This document shows, piece by piece, positions 38,045 through 48,482 of a stretch of 64,000 nt of DNA. Location of the stretch: positions 370,666 through 434,665 of the forward strand of contig CAVXXT010000008.1 of NCBI GenBank assembly GCA_963765815.1, in the 5' to 3' direction. The notes under the pieces are model-generated. The model saw only the letters and a list, made by a program, of their open reading frames with translations. It had not been told where the DNA came from and made no database searches. The translations under genes and the position numbers were made by a program. The first letter of the stretch is position 1, and the number at the start of each line of letters is the position of its first letter. This DNA is from an uncultured Actinomycetota bacterium (GTDB lineage Bacteria; Actinomycetota; Actinomycetes; BP-191).

Positions 38045-39595
38045 GTGCTGCCCGACCAGATCCCCTGGCTGACGCTCATCGGCGTCGCGCCGCTCCTCGG
38101 CGTGCTCGCCGTTGCCGCCGTGCCGCGCGACCAGGACGAGCTGGCCAAGCGCGTGGGCCTCGGCTTCTCGCTGCTCGCGTTGGCGCTCACCGTTGCCATG
38201 ATCGGCGACTTCGAGGTCGGCGAGGCCGGGTTCCAGCTGGTCGAGCAGCACCGCTGGATCGCGCCGCTCGGCATCAGCTACAAGGTCGGCGTCGACGGCA
38301 TCAGCCTCGTGCTCATCGCCTTGAGCACGTTCCTCGTGCCGATCGTCCTGCTCGCGTCCTGGCCCCAGGCGGTCCGGGTGCGCAGCTACGTCGGGCTGAT
38401 CCTCGCGCTCGAGACGGCGATGGTCGGCGTGTTCGCCGCACTGGACCTGATCCTCTTCTACGTCTTCTTCGAGGCGATGCTCGTCCCGATGTACTTCCTG
38501 ATCGGCTCGTTCGGCGGTGAGCGCCGGGTCTACGCCGCGGTGAAGTTCTTCCTCTACACGCTCTTCGCCGGCCTGCTCATGTTCGTCGCGATCCTGGGCC
38601 TCTACTTCCTCTCCCGCGAGCAGTTCGGCGCCGGGACGTTCGACTACGAGCGGCTGCTCGACTTGGAGATCTCCCAGGGACTCGGCCGGGTGATGTTCCT
38701 CGGCTTCTTCGTCGCGTTCGCGGTGAAGGTGCCGCTGTTCCCGTTCCACACCTGGCTGCCGGACGCCCACACGGAGGCGCCGACCGGAGGGTCGGTGCTG
38801 CTGGCCGGCGTGCTCCTGAAGATGGGCACGTTCGGCTTCCTGCGCTACAGCCTGCCGCTGTTCCCCGAGGCGTCGCGCTACTTCGCCCCGCTGATGATGG
38901 TCCTCGGCGTCGTGGGAATCCTGTACGGCGCACTGGTCGCGATGGTCCAGAAGGACATCAAGCGGCTGGTCGCCTACACGTCCATCGCCCACCTCGGCTT
39001 CATCGTGCTGGGCACCTTCGCCTTCACGACGCAGAGCGCCTCCGGCGGCGTCCTCTACATGGTCAACCACGGCATCTCGACCGGTCTGCTGTTCCTGCTC
39101 ATCGGCTTCCTCTACGACCGACGGCACACTCGCCTCATCTCCGAGTTCGGCGGTATCGCCAAGGTCATGCCGGTGCTGGCCGGCGCGTTCCTCGTCGCGG
39201 GGCTGTCCAGCCTGGCCCTCCCCGGCCTCAACGGTTTCGTCAGCGAGTTCCTCGTCCTGGCCGGCACCTTCAGCCGCAACCGGACCCTCGGCGTGCTCGC
39301 GACGCTCGGCATCGTCCTCGCCGCGCTGTACGTGCTCATCGCCTACCAGCGCACGATGCAGGGGCCCGTGACGGTCGAGGCGAACGAGAAGCTCGTCGAC
39401 CTCTCGCTCCGCGAGAAGGTCGTGATCGCGCCGATGATCGCGCTGATCGTCGGCCTCGGCGTCTACCCGAAGCCGGTGCTCGACGTGATCAACCCGTCGG
39501 TGGAGAGCGTCCTGGACCGGGTCGGCCGCACTGACCCGCCGTCGACCGTCGGCACCGGCGCCGAGGCCGAGTTCGAGATCGGGGGCGAGAAGTGA
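38045..39595 (+). CDS. nuoM: NADH-quinone oxidoreductase subunit M
   Basis: FFEAMLVPMYFLIGSFGG, KVPLFPFHTWLPDAHTEAPTGGSVLLAGVLLKMG. Confidence 0.95.
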   Translation: MLPDQIPWLTLIGVAPLLGVLAVAAVPRDQDELAKRVGLGFSLLALALTVAMIGDFEVGEAGFQLVEQHRWIAPLGISYKVGVDGISLVLIALSTFLVPIVLLASWPQAVRVRSYVGLILALETAMVGVFAALDLILFYVFFEAMLVPMYFLIGSFGGERRVYAAVKFFLYTLFAGLLMFVAILGLYFLSREQFGAGTFDYERLLDLEISQGLGRVMFLGFFVAFAVKVPLFPFHTWLPDAHTEAPTGGSVLLAGVLLKMGTFGFLRYSLPLFPEASRYFAPLMMVLGVVGILYGALVAMVQKDIKRLVAYTSIAHLGFIVLGTFAFTTQSASGGVLYMVNHGISTGLLFLLIGFLYDRRHTRLISEFGGIAKVMPVLAGAFLVAGLSSLALPGLNGFVSEFLVLAGTFSRNRTLGVLATLGIVLAALYVLIAYQRTMQGPVTVEANEKLVDLSLREKVVIAPMIALIVGLGVYPKPVLDVINPSVESVLDRVGRTDPPSTVGTGAEAEFEIGGEK

Positions 39596-41130
39596 CCGGC
39601 GCGGCACTGCCCGGCGTGCTGCTGGCGCAGGTCCGGGAGGACATCCCGGCCCCCTCGATCTCCTACCACTCGCTCGGCCCGGTCCTCGTCGTCGCAGGGG
39701 TCGCCCTGCTCGGCGTCCTGATCGAGGCGTTCGCCCCGGCGACCCGGCGCCGAGCGCTGCAGATCCCCGTGGCGCTCGCTGGCCTGCTCGGCGCACTCGT
39801 CCTCATCGCCCGGCTGTGGTCGACGGTGCGCGGTTCGGGCGAGATCGTGGCCGAGGGCGCGATCGCGCTCGACGGGCCGTCGCTGTTCCTGCAGGGCACG
39901 ATCGTGGTGCTCGCGGCGGCGTCGATCCTCCTGCTCGGGGAGCGGGGCGCGGACAGCGACCCCGATGCCGGGCCCGGGCGTGATCTGCCCACCGAGGCTG
40001 TGCCGCTCGCCATGTTCGCAGTGACCGGCATGATGCTGATGACCGCCGCGAGCAACCTGCTGGTGATGTTCGTCGCGCTCGAAGTGCTGTCGCTGCCGCT
40101 CTACCTGCTCTCCGGGCTGGCCCGGCGCAAGCGGGTGCTCAGCCAGGAGAGCGCGGTCAAGTACTTCCTGCTCGGAGCGTTCTCCTCCGCTTTCTTCCTC
40201 TACGGCCTCGCGCTGATCTACGGCTTTGCCGGGTCGGTCGACCTCGCCGACATCGCGACGGCAGCCGGCCGGGTCGACGGCAACCAGGCGTTCCTGTACT
40301 CCGGAGTCGCGCTGCTGTCCGTGGGGCTGCTGTTCAAGGTGGGCGCGGTGCCGTTCCACTCGTGGACCCCGGACGTCTATCAGGGTGCGCCGACCCCGGT
40401 GACCGCGCTGATGGCCTCCGGCACCAAGGTCGCCGCCTTCGGCGCGCTCCTGCGGGTGATGTACGTCGCCTTCGGCCCGCTCCAGTGGGACTGGCGTCCG
40501 GCGATCTGGGGAACCGCGATCCTCACCATGGTCGTCGGGGCGGTGGTCGCGGTCACCCAGCAGGACGTGAAGCGGATGCTCGCCTACTCCTCCGTCGCGC
40601 ATGCCGGGTTCATCCTCACCGGCGTGGCCGCCGCCAACGTCGACGGGCTGCGCGGCGTCATGTTCTACCTGCTCGCCTACGGGTTCACGGTCGTCGGCGC
40701 CTTCGGCATCGTCATGCTGGTCCGCGACGAGCACGGCGAGGCGACCCACCTGTCGCAGTGGCAGGGCCTGGGCAAGCGCTCGCCCCTCGTCGCCGCATCG
40801 TTCGCCACATTCCTGTTCGCGCTCGCCGGCATCCCGCTGACCAGCGGCTTCGTCGCCAAGCTCACCGTCTTCGAGGCCGCGGTCGACGGCCGGGCAACTC
40901 CGCTCGTCGTCGTCGGTGTGGTGACGAGCGCGATCGCGGCGTTCTTCTACGCCCGGGTGGTCGTGCTGATGTTCTTCCAGGAGCCGGCGGCCGACGGTCC
41001 CGAGGTAGTGGTGCCGAGTGGGCTCGCCGCCGCTGCTCTGGGCCTGTCGCTCGCGGTCACCGTCCTGCTCGGCGTGCTGCCCGGTCAGGTGCTCCAGCTG
41101 GTCGGCGAAGCGTCGCTGTTCATCCGATGA
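39592..41130 (+). CDS. nuoN: NADH-quinone oxidoreductase subunit N
   Basis: GTGA overlap. LEVLSLPLYLL, KVGAVPFHSWTPDVYQGAPTPVTALM. Confidence 0.95.
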   Translation: MTGAALPGVLLAQVREDIPAPSISYHSLGPVLVVAGVALLGVLIEAFAPATRRRALQIPVALAGLLGALVLIARLWSTVRGSGEIVAEGAIALDGPSLFLQGTIVVLAAASILLLGERGADSDPDAGPGRDLPTEAVPLAMFAVTGMMLMTAASNLLVMFVALEVLSLPLYLLSGLARRKRVLSQESAVKYFLLGAFSSAFFLYGLALIYGFAGSVDLADIATAAGRVDGNQAFLYSGVALLSVGLLFKVGAVPFHSWTPDVYQGAPTPVTALMASGTKVAAFGALLRVMYVAFGPLQWDWRPAIWGTAILTMVVGAVVAVTQQDVKRMLAYSSVAHAGFILTGVAAANVDGLRGVMFYLLAYGFTVVGAFGIVMLVRDEHGEATHLSQWQGLGKRSPLVAASFATFLFALAGIPLTSGFVAKLTVFEAAVDGRATPLVVVGVVTSAIAAFFYARVVVLMFFQEPAADGPEVVVPSGLAAAALGLSLAVTVLLGVLPGQVLQLVGEASLFIR

Positions 41131-41161
41131 GCGGCGGTCCGGCGATGAGCGGCGTACGGCG

Positions 41162-42154
41162 ATGAGCCCGACCCCGGTGCACGGCATCGTGTTCCACGAC
41201 CCCGAGCTGGAAGCGGCCGTGCGCGCCGGGCTCGACTCGGTCGAGGTGATGCTGCGCGAGTCGGTGAAGAGCGACTACCCGTTCGTCACCGAGACGTCGC
41301 GGCACCTCGTCGACGCGGGGGGCAAGCGGTTCCGTCCGCTGGTGGTCCTGCTCGCGAGCCACTTCGCCGACCCGTCGAGCGCCGCGGTCGTGCCCGCGGC
41401 CGTGGCGATCGAGCTCACCCACCTCTCGACGCTCTACCACGACGACGTCATGGACGAGGCAGTGCTGCGCCGCGGCGCGGTGTCGGCCAACAGCCGGTGG
41501 GACAACACGGTCGCGATCCTCACCGGCGACTTCCTGTTCGCCCGCGCGTCGGAGATCACCGCCGACCTCGGCACCGAGGCCACCCGGATCCTCGCCCAGA
41601 CGATCGCCGTGCTCTGCGAGGGGCAGATCCGCGAGACGGTCGGCGTCGCCGACGGAGCCGACCCGGTCGAGCACTACCTGCAGGTCGTCGCCGAGAAGAC
41701 CGGATCCCTGATCGCGACCTCCGGTCGGCTCGGCGCCCTGCTGTCCGGGGGTGACCCCGCGACGGTCGACGTCCTGAGCCGCTACGGCGCGACGATCGGC
41801 GTCGCTTTCCAGCTCAGCGACGACCTGCTCGACGTCACCAGCGAGTCCGACCAGTCCGGCAAGACGCCCGGCACCGACCTGCGCGAGGGCATCCAGACCC
41901 TGCCGATGCTCTACGCGCTGCGAAGCGACCCGCAGGGACGCCTCGCCGACCTCCTCGCCGGGGACCTGACCGGAGACGCCGAGCATGCCGAGGCGCTGAC
42001 GCTGCTGCGGGCGCACCCGGCGATGGCGGAGGCGCGGGCGACCCTCCTCGGGTACGCCGCCGAGGCCAAGGAGATGGTCGCGGGACTGCCGGAAGGACCC
42101 CCGCGCACCGCCCTCGAGGCGCTCGCGGACTTCGTCGTCGCCCGGACCGGCTGA
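41162..42154 (+). CDS. trans-Polyprenyl diphosphate synthase (menaquinone side-chain, HepS/GrcC-like)
   Basis: Two Asp-rich motifs: LYHDDVMDE and FQLSDDLLD. Start at ATG 41162. Confidence 0.9.
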   Translation: MSPTPVHGIVFHDPELEAAVRAGLDSVEVMLRESVKSDYPFVTETSRHLVDAGGKRFRPLVVLLASHFADPSSAAVVPAAVAIELTHLSTLYHDDVMDEAVLRRGAVSANSRWDNTVAILTGDFLFARASEITADLGTEATRILAQTIAVLCEGQIRETVGVADGADPVEHYLQVVAEKTGSLIATSGRLGALLSGGDPATVDVLSRYGATIGVAFQLSDDLLDVTSESDQSGKTPGTDLREGIQTLPMLYALRSDPQGRLADLLAGDLTGDAEHAEALTLLRAHPAMAEARATLLGYAAEAKEMVAGLPEGPPRTALEALADFVVARTG

Positions 42155-42262
42155 CCGCTCCGACACGCCACGACGGACGTCGGTCCGGCCGATTCCCGGT
42201 TGCCGCGTCACCCCCGTTAGGATGCCTCGACGCACCCGCTGAGACACCCCTGTAGGGGAGCG

Positions 42263-42646
42263 ATGAGCAACGACTACTTCGCCGACTACACCACGGTCGG
42301 ATCGGTCATCCTGGCCGGCCTGGCGTTTGTGGTGGTCGCCTTCACGGCGGCCCGGCTCGTGCGCCCGACGCGTCCGCGCCGGGAGAAGTACCTCACTTAC
42401 GAGTGCGGGATCGACCCGGTCGGCGTCGGCTGGTCGCAGACGCAGATCCGCTACTACGTGTTCGCTTTCCTCTTCGTCATCTTCGACGTGGAGTCGGTCT
42501 TCCTGTTCCCGTTCGCGACGGTCCTGCGGACCTTCGACGCGGCGGGCGACGGCATGGCCGTGCTGGTCGAGATGGTGATCTTCATCCTGCTGCTGGCCGT
42601 CGGGATCCTCTACGCCTGGAAGAAGAAGGTTCTCGAATGGGTCTGA
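42263..42646 (+). CDS. nuoA: Second-cluster NuoA paralogue
   Basis: [17 protein letters not shown]...[15 protein letters not shown]. Three TMs. Confidence 0.9.
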   Translation: MSNDYFADYTTVGSVILAGLAFVVVAFTAARLVRPTRPRREKYLTYECGIDPVGVGWSQTQIRYYVFAFLFVIFDVESVFLFPFATVLRTFDAAGDGMAVLVEMVIFILLLAVGILYAWKKKVLEWV

Positions 42647-43140
42647 GCGACCAGGTCGAGGTCCCGCAGCCGATCCGCTTCGTCCTCAACTGGGGGCGCA
42701 AGTACTCGCTGTGGGTGTTCAACTTCGGGCTCGCCTGCTGCGCGATCGAGTTCATCGCGACGTCGATGGCCGAGCACGACTTCATCCGCATGGGGGTGAT
42801 CCCCTTCGCGCACGGCCCCCGGCAGGCCGACCTGATGGTGGTCAGCGGGACCCTGACGGACAAGATGGCGCCGGCCGTCAAGCGGCTCTACGAGCAGATG
42901 CCCGAGCCGAAGTACGTCATCTCGTTCGGCTCGTGCGCCAACTGCGGCGGTCCCTACTGGGACTCCTACTCCGTGGCCAAGGGCGTCGACCAGATCATCC
43001 CGGTCGACGTCTACGTCCCGGGCTGCCCGCCGCGGCCGGAGGCGCTGCTCCAGGGCATCCTCAAGCTGCAGACCAAGATCCAGAACGAGTCGCTCAAGCA
43101 GCGCTACTCGGCCGAGCCGCTGACGGTCGAGGCCGGATGA
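42637..43140 (+). CDS. nuoB: Second-cluster NuoB paralogue (N2 Cys ligands retained)
   Basis: ATG 42637 overlaps the nuoA2 end by 10 nt. [29 protein letters not shown]. Confidence 0.9.
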   Translation: MGLSDQVEVPQPIRFVLNWGRKYSLWVFNFGLACCAIEFIATSMAEHDFIRMGVIPFAHGPRQADLMVVSGTLTDKMAPAVKRLYEQMPEPKYVISFGSCANCGGPYWDSYSVAKGVDQIIPVDVYVPGCPPRPEALLQGILKLQTKIQNESLKQRYSAEPLTVEAG

Positions 43141-43640
43141 CTCCGGAAGAGCTCATCGGCCGATTCATCGCCGAGCTCGGGGACGACGTCGTCGACACCG
43201 AGGTCGCCTACGACGTCGCCACGGTGACCGTCAACGCCGCGCGCTACGCCGACGCGGCGCGGTTCGCCAAGACCACCCGCGGGCTCGACCTGACCTTCTT
43301 CGACTTCCTCACCGGTGTCGACGAGGGTGAGGCCGGCTACGGCGTGGTGACCCACCTCTACTCGCCGATCCACAAGCACCACATCCAGCTGCGCACCGTC
43401 GTGCCCAACGACGCCCCGAGCCTGCCGACGATGACCGGCGTGTTCCGCGGCGCCAACTGGCACGAGCGAGAGACCTGGGAGATGTTCGGCGTCGTGTTCG
43501 ACGGTCACCCCAATCTCGTCAAGCTGCTGCTCCCCGACGAGTTCGAGGGGCACCCGCTGCGCAAGGAGTTCCTGCTCATGAGCCGCGAGGTCAAGCCGTG
43601 GCCCGGGGCGAAGGAGCCGGGCGAGGGGGGCCACGAGTGA
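43137..43640 (+). CDS. nuoC: Second-cluster NuoC paralogue (short, 167 aa)
   Basis: ATGA overlap. [40 protein letters not shown]. Confidence 0.88.
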   Translation: MTPEELIGRFIAELGDDVVDTEVAYDVATVTVNAARYADAARFAKTTRGLDLTFFDFLTGVDEGEAGYGVVTHLYSPIHKHHIQLRTVVPNDAPSLPTMTGVFRGANWHERETWEMFGVVFDGHPNLVKLLLPDEFEGHPLRKEFLLMSREVKPWPGAKEPGEGGHE

Positions 43641-44635
43641 TCGGCGACGTCCTCGACTCCTATGCGTTCGAGCTCACCCTGCGCATCGTCTGCGTGCTCC
43701 TGGTCTTCCTCACGGTCCCGCTGATCGTCGGTCAGATGGAGCACAAGGCGATGGCGCACATGCAGTCGCGCCTCGGGCCCATGTACGCCGGCGGCTTCCA
43801 CGGCTGGGCGCAGCTCGTCGCGGACGGCGTGAAGTTCCTGCAGAAGGAAGACGTCGTCCCGACCAACGCCGACCCGTGGGTGTTCAAGCTGGCGCCGGCG
43901 GTGTCGCTGCTGCCGCCGATGTTCGTGCTCATCGTGATCCCGGTGGGGCCGGACCTGGTCTCCCAGGATCTCGACATCGGCCTCTTCTACGCGCTCGCGA
44001 TCAGCTCGATCAGCGTCCTCGGCATGCTCATGGCCGCGTGGTCGAGCGCCAACAAGTTCTCTCTGCTCGGCGGCATCCGCGGTGCGGCGCAGCTGATCGC
44101 CTACGAGCTGCCGCTGGTGCTCTGTGCCGCGTCGGCGGTGATGCTCGCGGGGACCATGTCGCTCACCGGCATCGTCGAGGCCTGGGAGTGGTGGTGGCTG
44201 CCGGTCCAGGCGGTCGCGCTGTTCATCTTCTTCACCGCGTCGCTCGCCGAGCTGAACCGCCCGCCGTTCGACATGCCGGTGGCCGACTCCGAGATCATCT
44301 TCGGCCACATGACCGAGTACACCGGGCTGCGATTCGCGCTGTTCCTGCTCACCGAGTACGCCGGCATCGTGGTCGCCGGCGGCCTGATCACGGCGATCTT
44401 CCTCGGCGGCTGGCGCGGCCCGTTCTGGGACTCCGTGCAGATCGGCGACGTCTACCCCCTCGGCATCGCCTACACGCTGGTCAAGGTGCTCGCGATCGCC
44501 TTCGTCGTCATCTGGCTGCGGGTCACCTACCCGCGGCTGCGCGAGGACCAGCTGCAGAAGTTCTGCTGGAAGGCTCTCATCCCCCTCTCCCTCGTCCAGG
44601 TCCTGGTGACCGGCTTCGTCACGGTGGTGAAGTAG
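43637..44635 (+). CDS. nuoH: Second-cluster NuoH paralogue
   Basis: GTGA overlap directly with the nuoC2 stop, leaving no room for nuo[56 protein letters not shown]. Confidence 0.9.
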   Translation: MIGDVLDSYAFELTLRIVCVLLVFLTVPLIVGQMEHKAMAHMQSRLGPMYAGGFHGWAQLVADGVKFLQKEDVVPTNADPWVFKLAPAVSLLPPMFVLIVIPVGPDLVSQDLDIGLFYALAISSISVLGMLMAAWSSANKFSLLGGIRGAAQLIAYELPLVLCAASAVMLAGTMSLTGIVEAWEWWWLPVQAVALFIFFTASLAELNRPPFDMPVADSEIIFGHMTEYTGLRFALFLLTEYAGIVVAGGLITAIFLGGWRGPFWDSVQIGDVYPLGIAYTLVKVLAIAFVVIWLRVTYPRLREDQLQKFCWKALIPLSLVQVLVTGFVTVVK

Positions 44636-44637
44636 CC

Positions 44638-45447
44638 ATGCCAGGAGGCACCGGCCTGCTGAAGGGCCTCACCGTCACGTTCGGCACGATGCTGAAGCGG
44701 TCGGTCACCAAGCAGTACCCCGACGTCCTGCCCGAGCTGGCGCCGCGCACCCGCGGGGTCATCGCGCTGATGGAGGAGAACTGCACGGTCTGCATGCTGT
44801 GCAGCCGCGAGTGTCCCGACTGGTGCATCTACATCGACTCGCACAAGGAGACGGTGCCGCCGAAGGAGCCCGGCGCGCGGGCGCGCACGCGCAACCTGCT
44901 CGATCGCTTCGCGATCGACTTCGCGCTGTGCATGTACTGCGGCATCTGCATCGAGGTCTGCCCGTTCGACGCGCTGTTCTGGTCCCCGGAGTTCGAGTAC
45001 TCCGAGTACGACATCCGCGAGCTGACCCACGAGATGGACCGCCTGCGCGAGTGGATGTACACCGTTCCCGCGCCGCCCGCGCTCGACCCCGACGGGGAGG
45101 AGCCGGCCGAGGTCGCCGCCGCCGCCAAGGCCGAGCCGACCTTCGTCGAAGCAGTCGGCTTCGCCGGAGCACCGGCGCTCGCCGCGGCACCGGCACCGGC
45201 CGCCCTCCCGGCGGCAGCGCCCGCGCCCGCCCCCGAAGCCGCTGCGACCGACGGCCCTGCTGCTCCCGACGGCTCCGCCGCGGCGGCACCGCCCGCCGTG
45301 GCGGCGGAGCCGGAGCACGATATTGGCGAGGTGCAGGTGGACCAGGCGACGTACGACGAGGCGATCGCGGCCGGCCTGCCCGACCGCGTGGCCCGGGCCA
45401 AGGCGAAGTCGGCCTGGGTGAAGAAGGCCCGGAAGGGGCTGCTGTGA
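44638..45447 (+). CDS. nuoI: Second-cluster NuoI paralogue with ~125-aa C-terminal extension (Ala/Pro linker + Lys/Ala-rich module)
   Basis: [21 protein letters not shown]. Two CxxCxxCxxxCP motifs ([24 protein letters not shown]). Then an Ala/Pro-rich run and a terminal [36 protein letters not shown]. Confidence 0.9.
   Translation: MPGGTGLLKGLTVTFGTMLKRSVTKQYPDVLPELAPRTRGVIALMEENCTVCMLCSRECPDWCIYIDSHKETVPPKEPGARARTRNLLDRFAIDFALCMYCGICIEVCPFDALFWSPEFEYSEYDIRELTHEMDRLREWMYTVPAPPALDPDGEEPAEVAAAAKAEPTFVEAVGFAGAPALAAAPAPAALPAAAPAPAPEAAATDGPAAPDGSAAAAPPAVAAEPEHDIGEVQVDQATYDEAIAAGLPDRVARAKAKSAWVKKARKGLL
45340..45435 (+). other. Copy 2 of the shared 32-aa Lys/Ala-rich module ([32 protein letters not shown]) at the C-terminus of NuoI2
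   Basis: 27/32 identical to 725..820 (minus strand). Confidence 0.85.
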
Positions 45448-45992
45448 CGACCCTCGCCCAGGCGGCGCCCGGCTACGCCGACGTGACCGCGCAGGAAGTC
45501 ATCTTCGTGCTGATGGGCCTGGTCGCCGTCGGCAGCGCGGTTCTCGTCGTCACGACCAAGAACGTCGTGCACGCAGCGCTGTGGCTCGTCGTGACACTCG
45601 CGTCCGTCGCCGGTGGCTACCTGATGCTCACGGCCGAGTTCCTCGCCTGGGTGCAGGTGCTCATCTACATCGGCTCGATCGTCGTGCTGCTGCTGTTCGG
45701 CATCATGCTGACCAAGGCCCCGATCGGCGGCACGGCGGGACTCGACAGCGAGAACCGCATCGCCGCGGGTGTCGTCGCCACTGCTCTCGGCGCGACCCTC
45801 GTGACCCTCGTCGTCGACGCCTTCCGGCACGCCTACATCGACCTCGAGTCGTTCGAGGTCGGCGGCGCGGAGGCGACCGGCACCGCGATCTTCCGGCACT
45901 ACGTGCTGCCGTTCGAAGTCGTGTCGGTGCTGCTGCTCGCTGCGCTGATCGGGTCCATCGTGCTGTCGCGGCGCGACGAGGGAGGTCGCTGA
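45444..45992 (+). CDS. nuoJ: Second-cluster NuoJ paralogue
   Basis: GTGA overlap. [49 protein letters not shown] ... [25 protein letters not shown]. Confidence 0.9.
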   Translation: MTTLAQAAPGYADVTAQEVIFVLMGLVAVGSAVLVVTTKNVVHAALWLVVTLASVAGGYLMLTAEFLAWVQVLIYIGSIVVLLLFGIMLTKAPIGGTAGLDSENRIAAGVVATALGATLVTLVVDAFRHAYIDLESFEVGGAEATGTAIFRHYVLPFEVVSVLLLAALIGSIVLSRRDEGGR

Positions 45993-45993
45993 C

Positions 45994-46362
45994 GTGCATC
46001 TGGTCTACCCGACGGTGCTCGCCGCGCTGCTGTTCGCGATCGGCGTCTACGGCGTGCTCGCCCGCCGTAACGCTGTCCTCGTCCTGATGTCGATCGAGAT
46101 CATGCTGAACGCCGTCAACATCAACCTGGTCGCCTTCAACGCGTGGCTCCAGGACTCGCTGCTCGGCGGTCAGATCTTCGCGCTGTTCGTGGTCGCTGTC
46201 GCCGCCGCCGAGGTCGGCGTCGGCCTGGCGATCGTGCTGCTGATCTACCGCACCAGCGAGTCGGTCGACATCGACACCCTCAACGAGCTCGGCGACAGCG
46301 CGTCGCCCGAGCGCTCCGCAGCGGCCCGCGCCGCCCTCCCGGCGGAGGCCCGCGTCCGGTGA
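45994..46362 (+). CDS. nuoK: Second-cluster NuoK paralogue with short C-terminal extension
   Basis: LFAIGVYGVLARRNAVLVLMSIEIMLNAVNINLVAF...AAAEVGVGLAIVLL, plus a ~30-aa hydrophilic tail. Confidence 0.9.
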   Translation: MHLVYPTVLAALLFAIGVYGVLARRNAVLVLMSIEIMLNAVNINLVAFNAWLQDSLLGGQIFALFVVAVAAAEVGVGLAIVLLIYRTSESVDIDTLNELGDSASPERSAAARAALPAEARVR

Positions 46363-48416
46363 TCGCCTCCACCATGAGCGTCCTGCTCGCTGCCGGCGAG
46401 GACGTCTCCCACCCCGTGCGGCTCGCCGGCACCGGCTTCCAGGACTACGCCTGGCTGATCCCGGTGTTCCCGCTCGTCGCGTTCGTCGTGATCCTCTTCT
46501 TCGGGAAGCGGATCCCCACCAAGGGTGCCGGCGTCGGCATCGTGGCCATCGCCGGGTCGCTGGTCGTCGCCCTCGGCGTCTTCGCCCAGGCCTACTCGCA
46601 TCCCGGGATGGTCGAGGAGAAGAAGCTCGTCCTGACCCCCTTCGGGGACGGGAACCTGACGCTCGGGATGAAGGTCGACGGCCTGGCCGCGCTGATGTTC
46701 GTGATCGTCTGCCTGGTCTCGCTGCTGGTGCAGGTCTACTCGACGTCGTACATGGACGGCGACAGCCGCTACACGTTCTTCTTCGCGATGCTCAGCCTGT
46801 TCACCACCGGCATGCTGATCGTCACGATCGCGGACAACCTCCTGCTCATGCTGGTGGGCTGGGAGATCATGGGTGTCTGCTCCTACTTCCTGATCGGGCA
46901 CTTCTGGGAGGAGACCCCCAACTCCAACGCCGCGATCAAGGCGTTCCTCACCACCCGCGTCGGCGACGTCGGCTTCATGCTCGGCATCTTCGCCCTGTTC
47001 TGGGGGGCGCACAGCTTCGAGTTCACGACGATCATCGAGCACGCCGAGTCCGGTGAGATGGCCCGCGGCTTCCTGGTCGGCGGCACGGTCCTGATCTTCT
47101 TCGGGGCCGTCGGCAAGAGCGCCCAGTTCCCGCTGCACACCTGGCTGCCTGACGCGATGGCCGGCCCCACTCCGGTCTCGGCGCTCATCCACGCCGCGAC
47201 GATGGTCGCCTCCGGCATCTACATGGTTGCCCGGCTCTACCCGGTCTTCGAGCTCTCCGGCGCCGCCCTCAACCTCATCGGGGTCCTCGCCGCGATCACC
47301 ATGACGATGGCCGCCCTGATCGCTCTCGTGCAGGACGACATCAAGAAGGTGCTGGCCTACTCCACGGTCAGCCAGCTCGCCTACATGACGGCAGGCCTGT
47401 CGGTCGGCGGCTACACCGCGGGCTTCTTCCACCTGTTCACCCACGCCGCGTTCAAGGGCCTGCTGTTCCTCGGCGCCGGGTCGGTGATCCACGCGGTGCA
47501 CAGCAACAACATGAGCGAGATGGGCGGCCTGAGGAAGTTCATGCCGCGCACGCACGCGACCTACCTGATCGGGTGCGTCGCGCTCGCCGGCCTGCCGCCG
47601 CTCGCCGGCTTCTGGAGCAAGGACGAGGTCATCCTCGACGCCTACCACGCGGCCGGGTTCGGTGAGTCCCACGAGCAGCTCGCGACCTCGCCCCTCGTGG
47701 GGAAGCTGGTGCTCGCCTCGGCCCTCCTGACTGCGGTCCTCACGGCGTTCTACGTCACCCGCATGTACTGCCTGACCTGGCTGGGGGAGTACCGCGGCAA
47801 GGGCCACCCGCACGAGTCGCCGGCCGCGATGACGGTGCCGCTGATGGTGCTGGCCGTGCCCGCGGCGCTCGGCGGCCTGTGGGGGAGCGGGTTCTGGCCC
47901 GATGGCCACAACATCCAGCGCGTGGTCGCGTTCGCCGGCCAGGGCTACCACGCCCCGGAGCTGCTGCCGGTCGTCGCGGGCACCTCGATCGCTCTCGCGG
48001 TCATCGGGGTCTTCGTCGGCTACGCGATCTACGGCAAGGGCCTGCCGGCGAAGGACCCGACGCTGAACATGGGCTTCCTCACCACGACGCTCGAGCGACG
48101 GTTCTTCCTCGACGACCTCTACCTCAACGGCATCGTCCGGCCGATGCGCGGCTCGATCGCCAACGCGGCCAACTGGCTCAACCAGAACGTGTTCGACGCC
48201 CCGCCGAACTTCGCCGGCAAGGGCGCCGTCGTCGCCGGGCGAGCGGCGTACGCCGTCGACCAGACGCTCATCGACGGGACGGTCAACGGGTCCGGCCGGC
48301 TCTCCGCGCTGGTCGGCCGGGTGCTCGCTCTCGCCCAGAACGGCAACGTCCAGGCCTACGCGACCGGCATGTTCGTCGGCGTCGTCGCGCTGGCCGTCGC
48401 GGTGGCCGCCCTGTGA
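46359..48416 (+). CDS. nuoL: Second-cluster NuoL paralogue
   Basis: GTGA overlap (alternative ATG 46374). WEIMGVCSYFLIGHFW, KSAQFPLHTWLPDAMAGPTPVSALIHAATMV. C-terminal lateral-helix-like region. Confidence 0.9.
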   Translation: MIASTMSVLLAAGEDVSHPVRLAGTGFQDYAWLIPVFPLVAFVVILFFGKRIPTKGAGVGIVAIAGSLVVALGVFAQAYSHPGMVEEKKLVLTPFGDGNLTLGMKVDGLAALMFVIVCLVSLLVQVYSTSYMDGDSRYTFFFAMLSLFTTGMLIVTIADNLLLMLVGWEIMGVCSYFLIGHFWEETPNSNAAIKAFLTTRVGDVGFMLGIFALFWGAHSFEFTTIIEHAESGEMARGFLVGGTVLIFFGAVGKSAQFPLHTWLPDAMAGPTPVSALIHAATMVASGIYMVARLYPVFELSGAALNLIGVLAAITMTMAALIALVQDDIKKVLAYSTVSQLAYMTAGLSVGGYTAGFFHLFTHAAFKGLLFLGAGSVIHAVHSNNMSEMGGLRKFMPRTHATYLIGCVALAGLPPLAGFWSKDEVILDAYHAAGFGESHEQLATSPLVGKLVLASALLTAVLTAFYVTRMYCLTWLGEYRGKGHPHESPAAMTVPLMVLAVPAALGGLWGSGFWPDGHNIQRVVAFAGQGYHAPELLPVVAGTSIALAVIGVFVGYAIYGKGLPAKDPTLNMGFLTTTLERRFFLDDLYLNGIVRPMRGSIANAANWLNQNVFDAPPNFAGKGAVVAGRAAYAVDQTLIDGTVNGSGRLSALVGRVLALAQNGNVQAYATGMFVGVVALAVAVAAL

Positions 48417-48482
48417 CCGCCATGAGTGCCATCAGCACATGCCCCCGTATGGCCGCGTCAAGACTCGAGAGGGACCGCCGAG

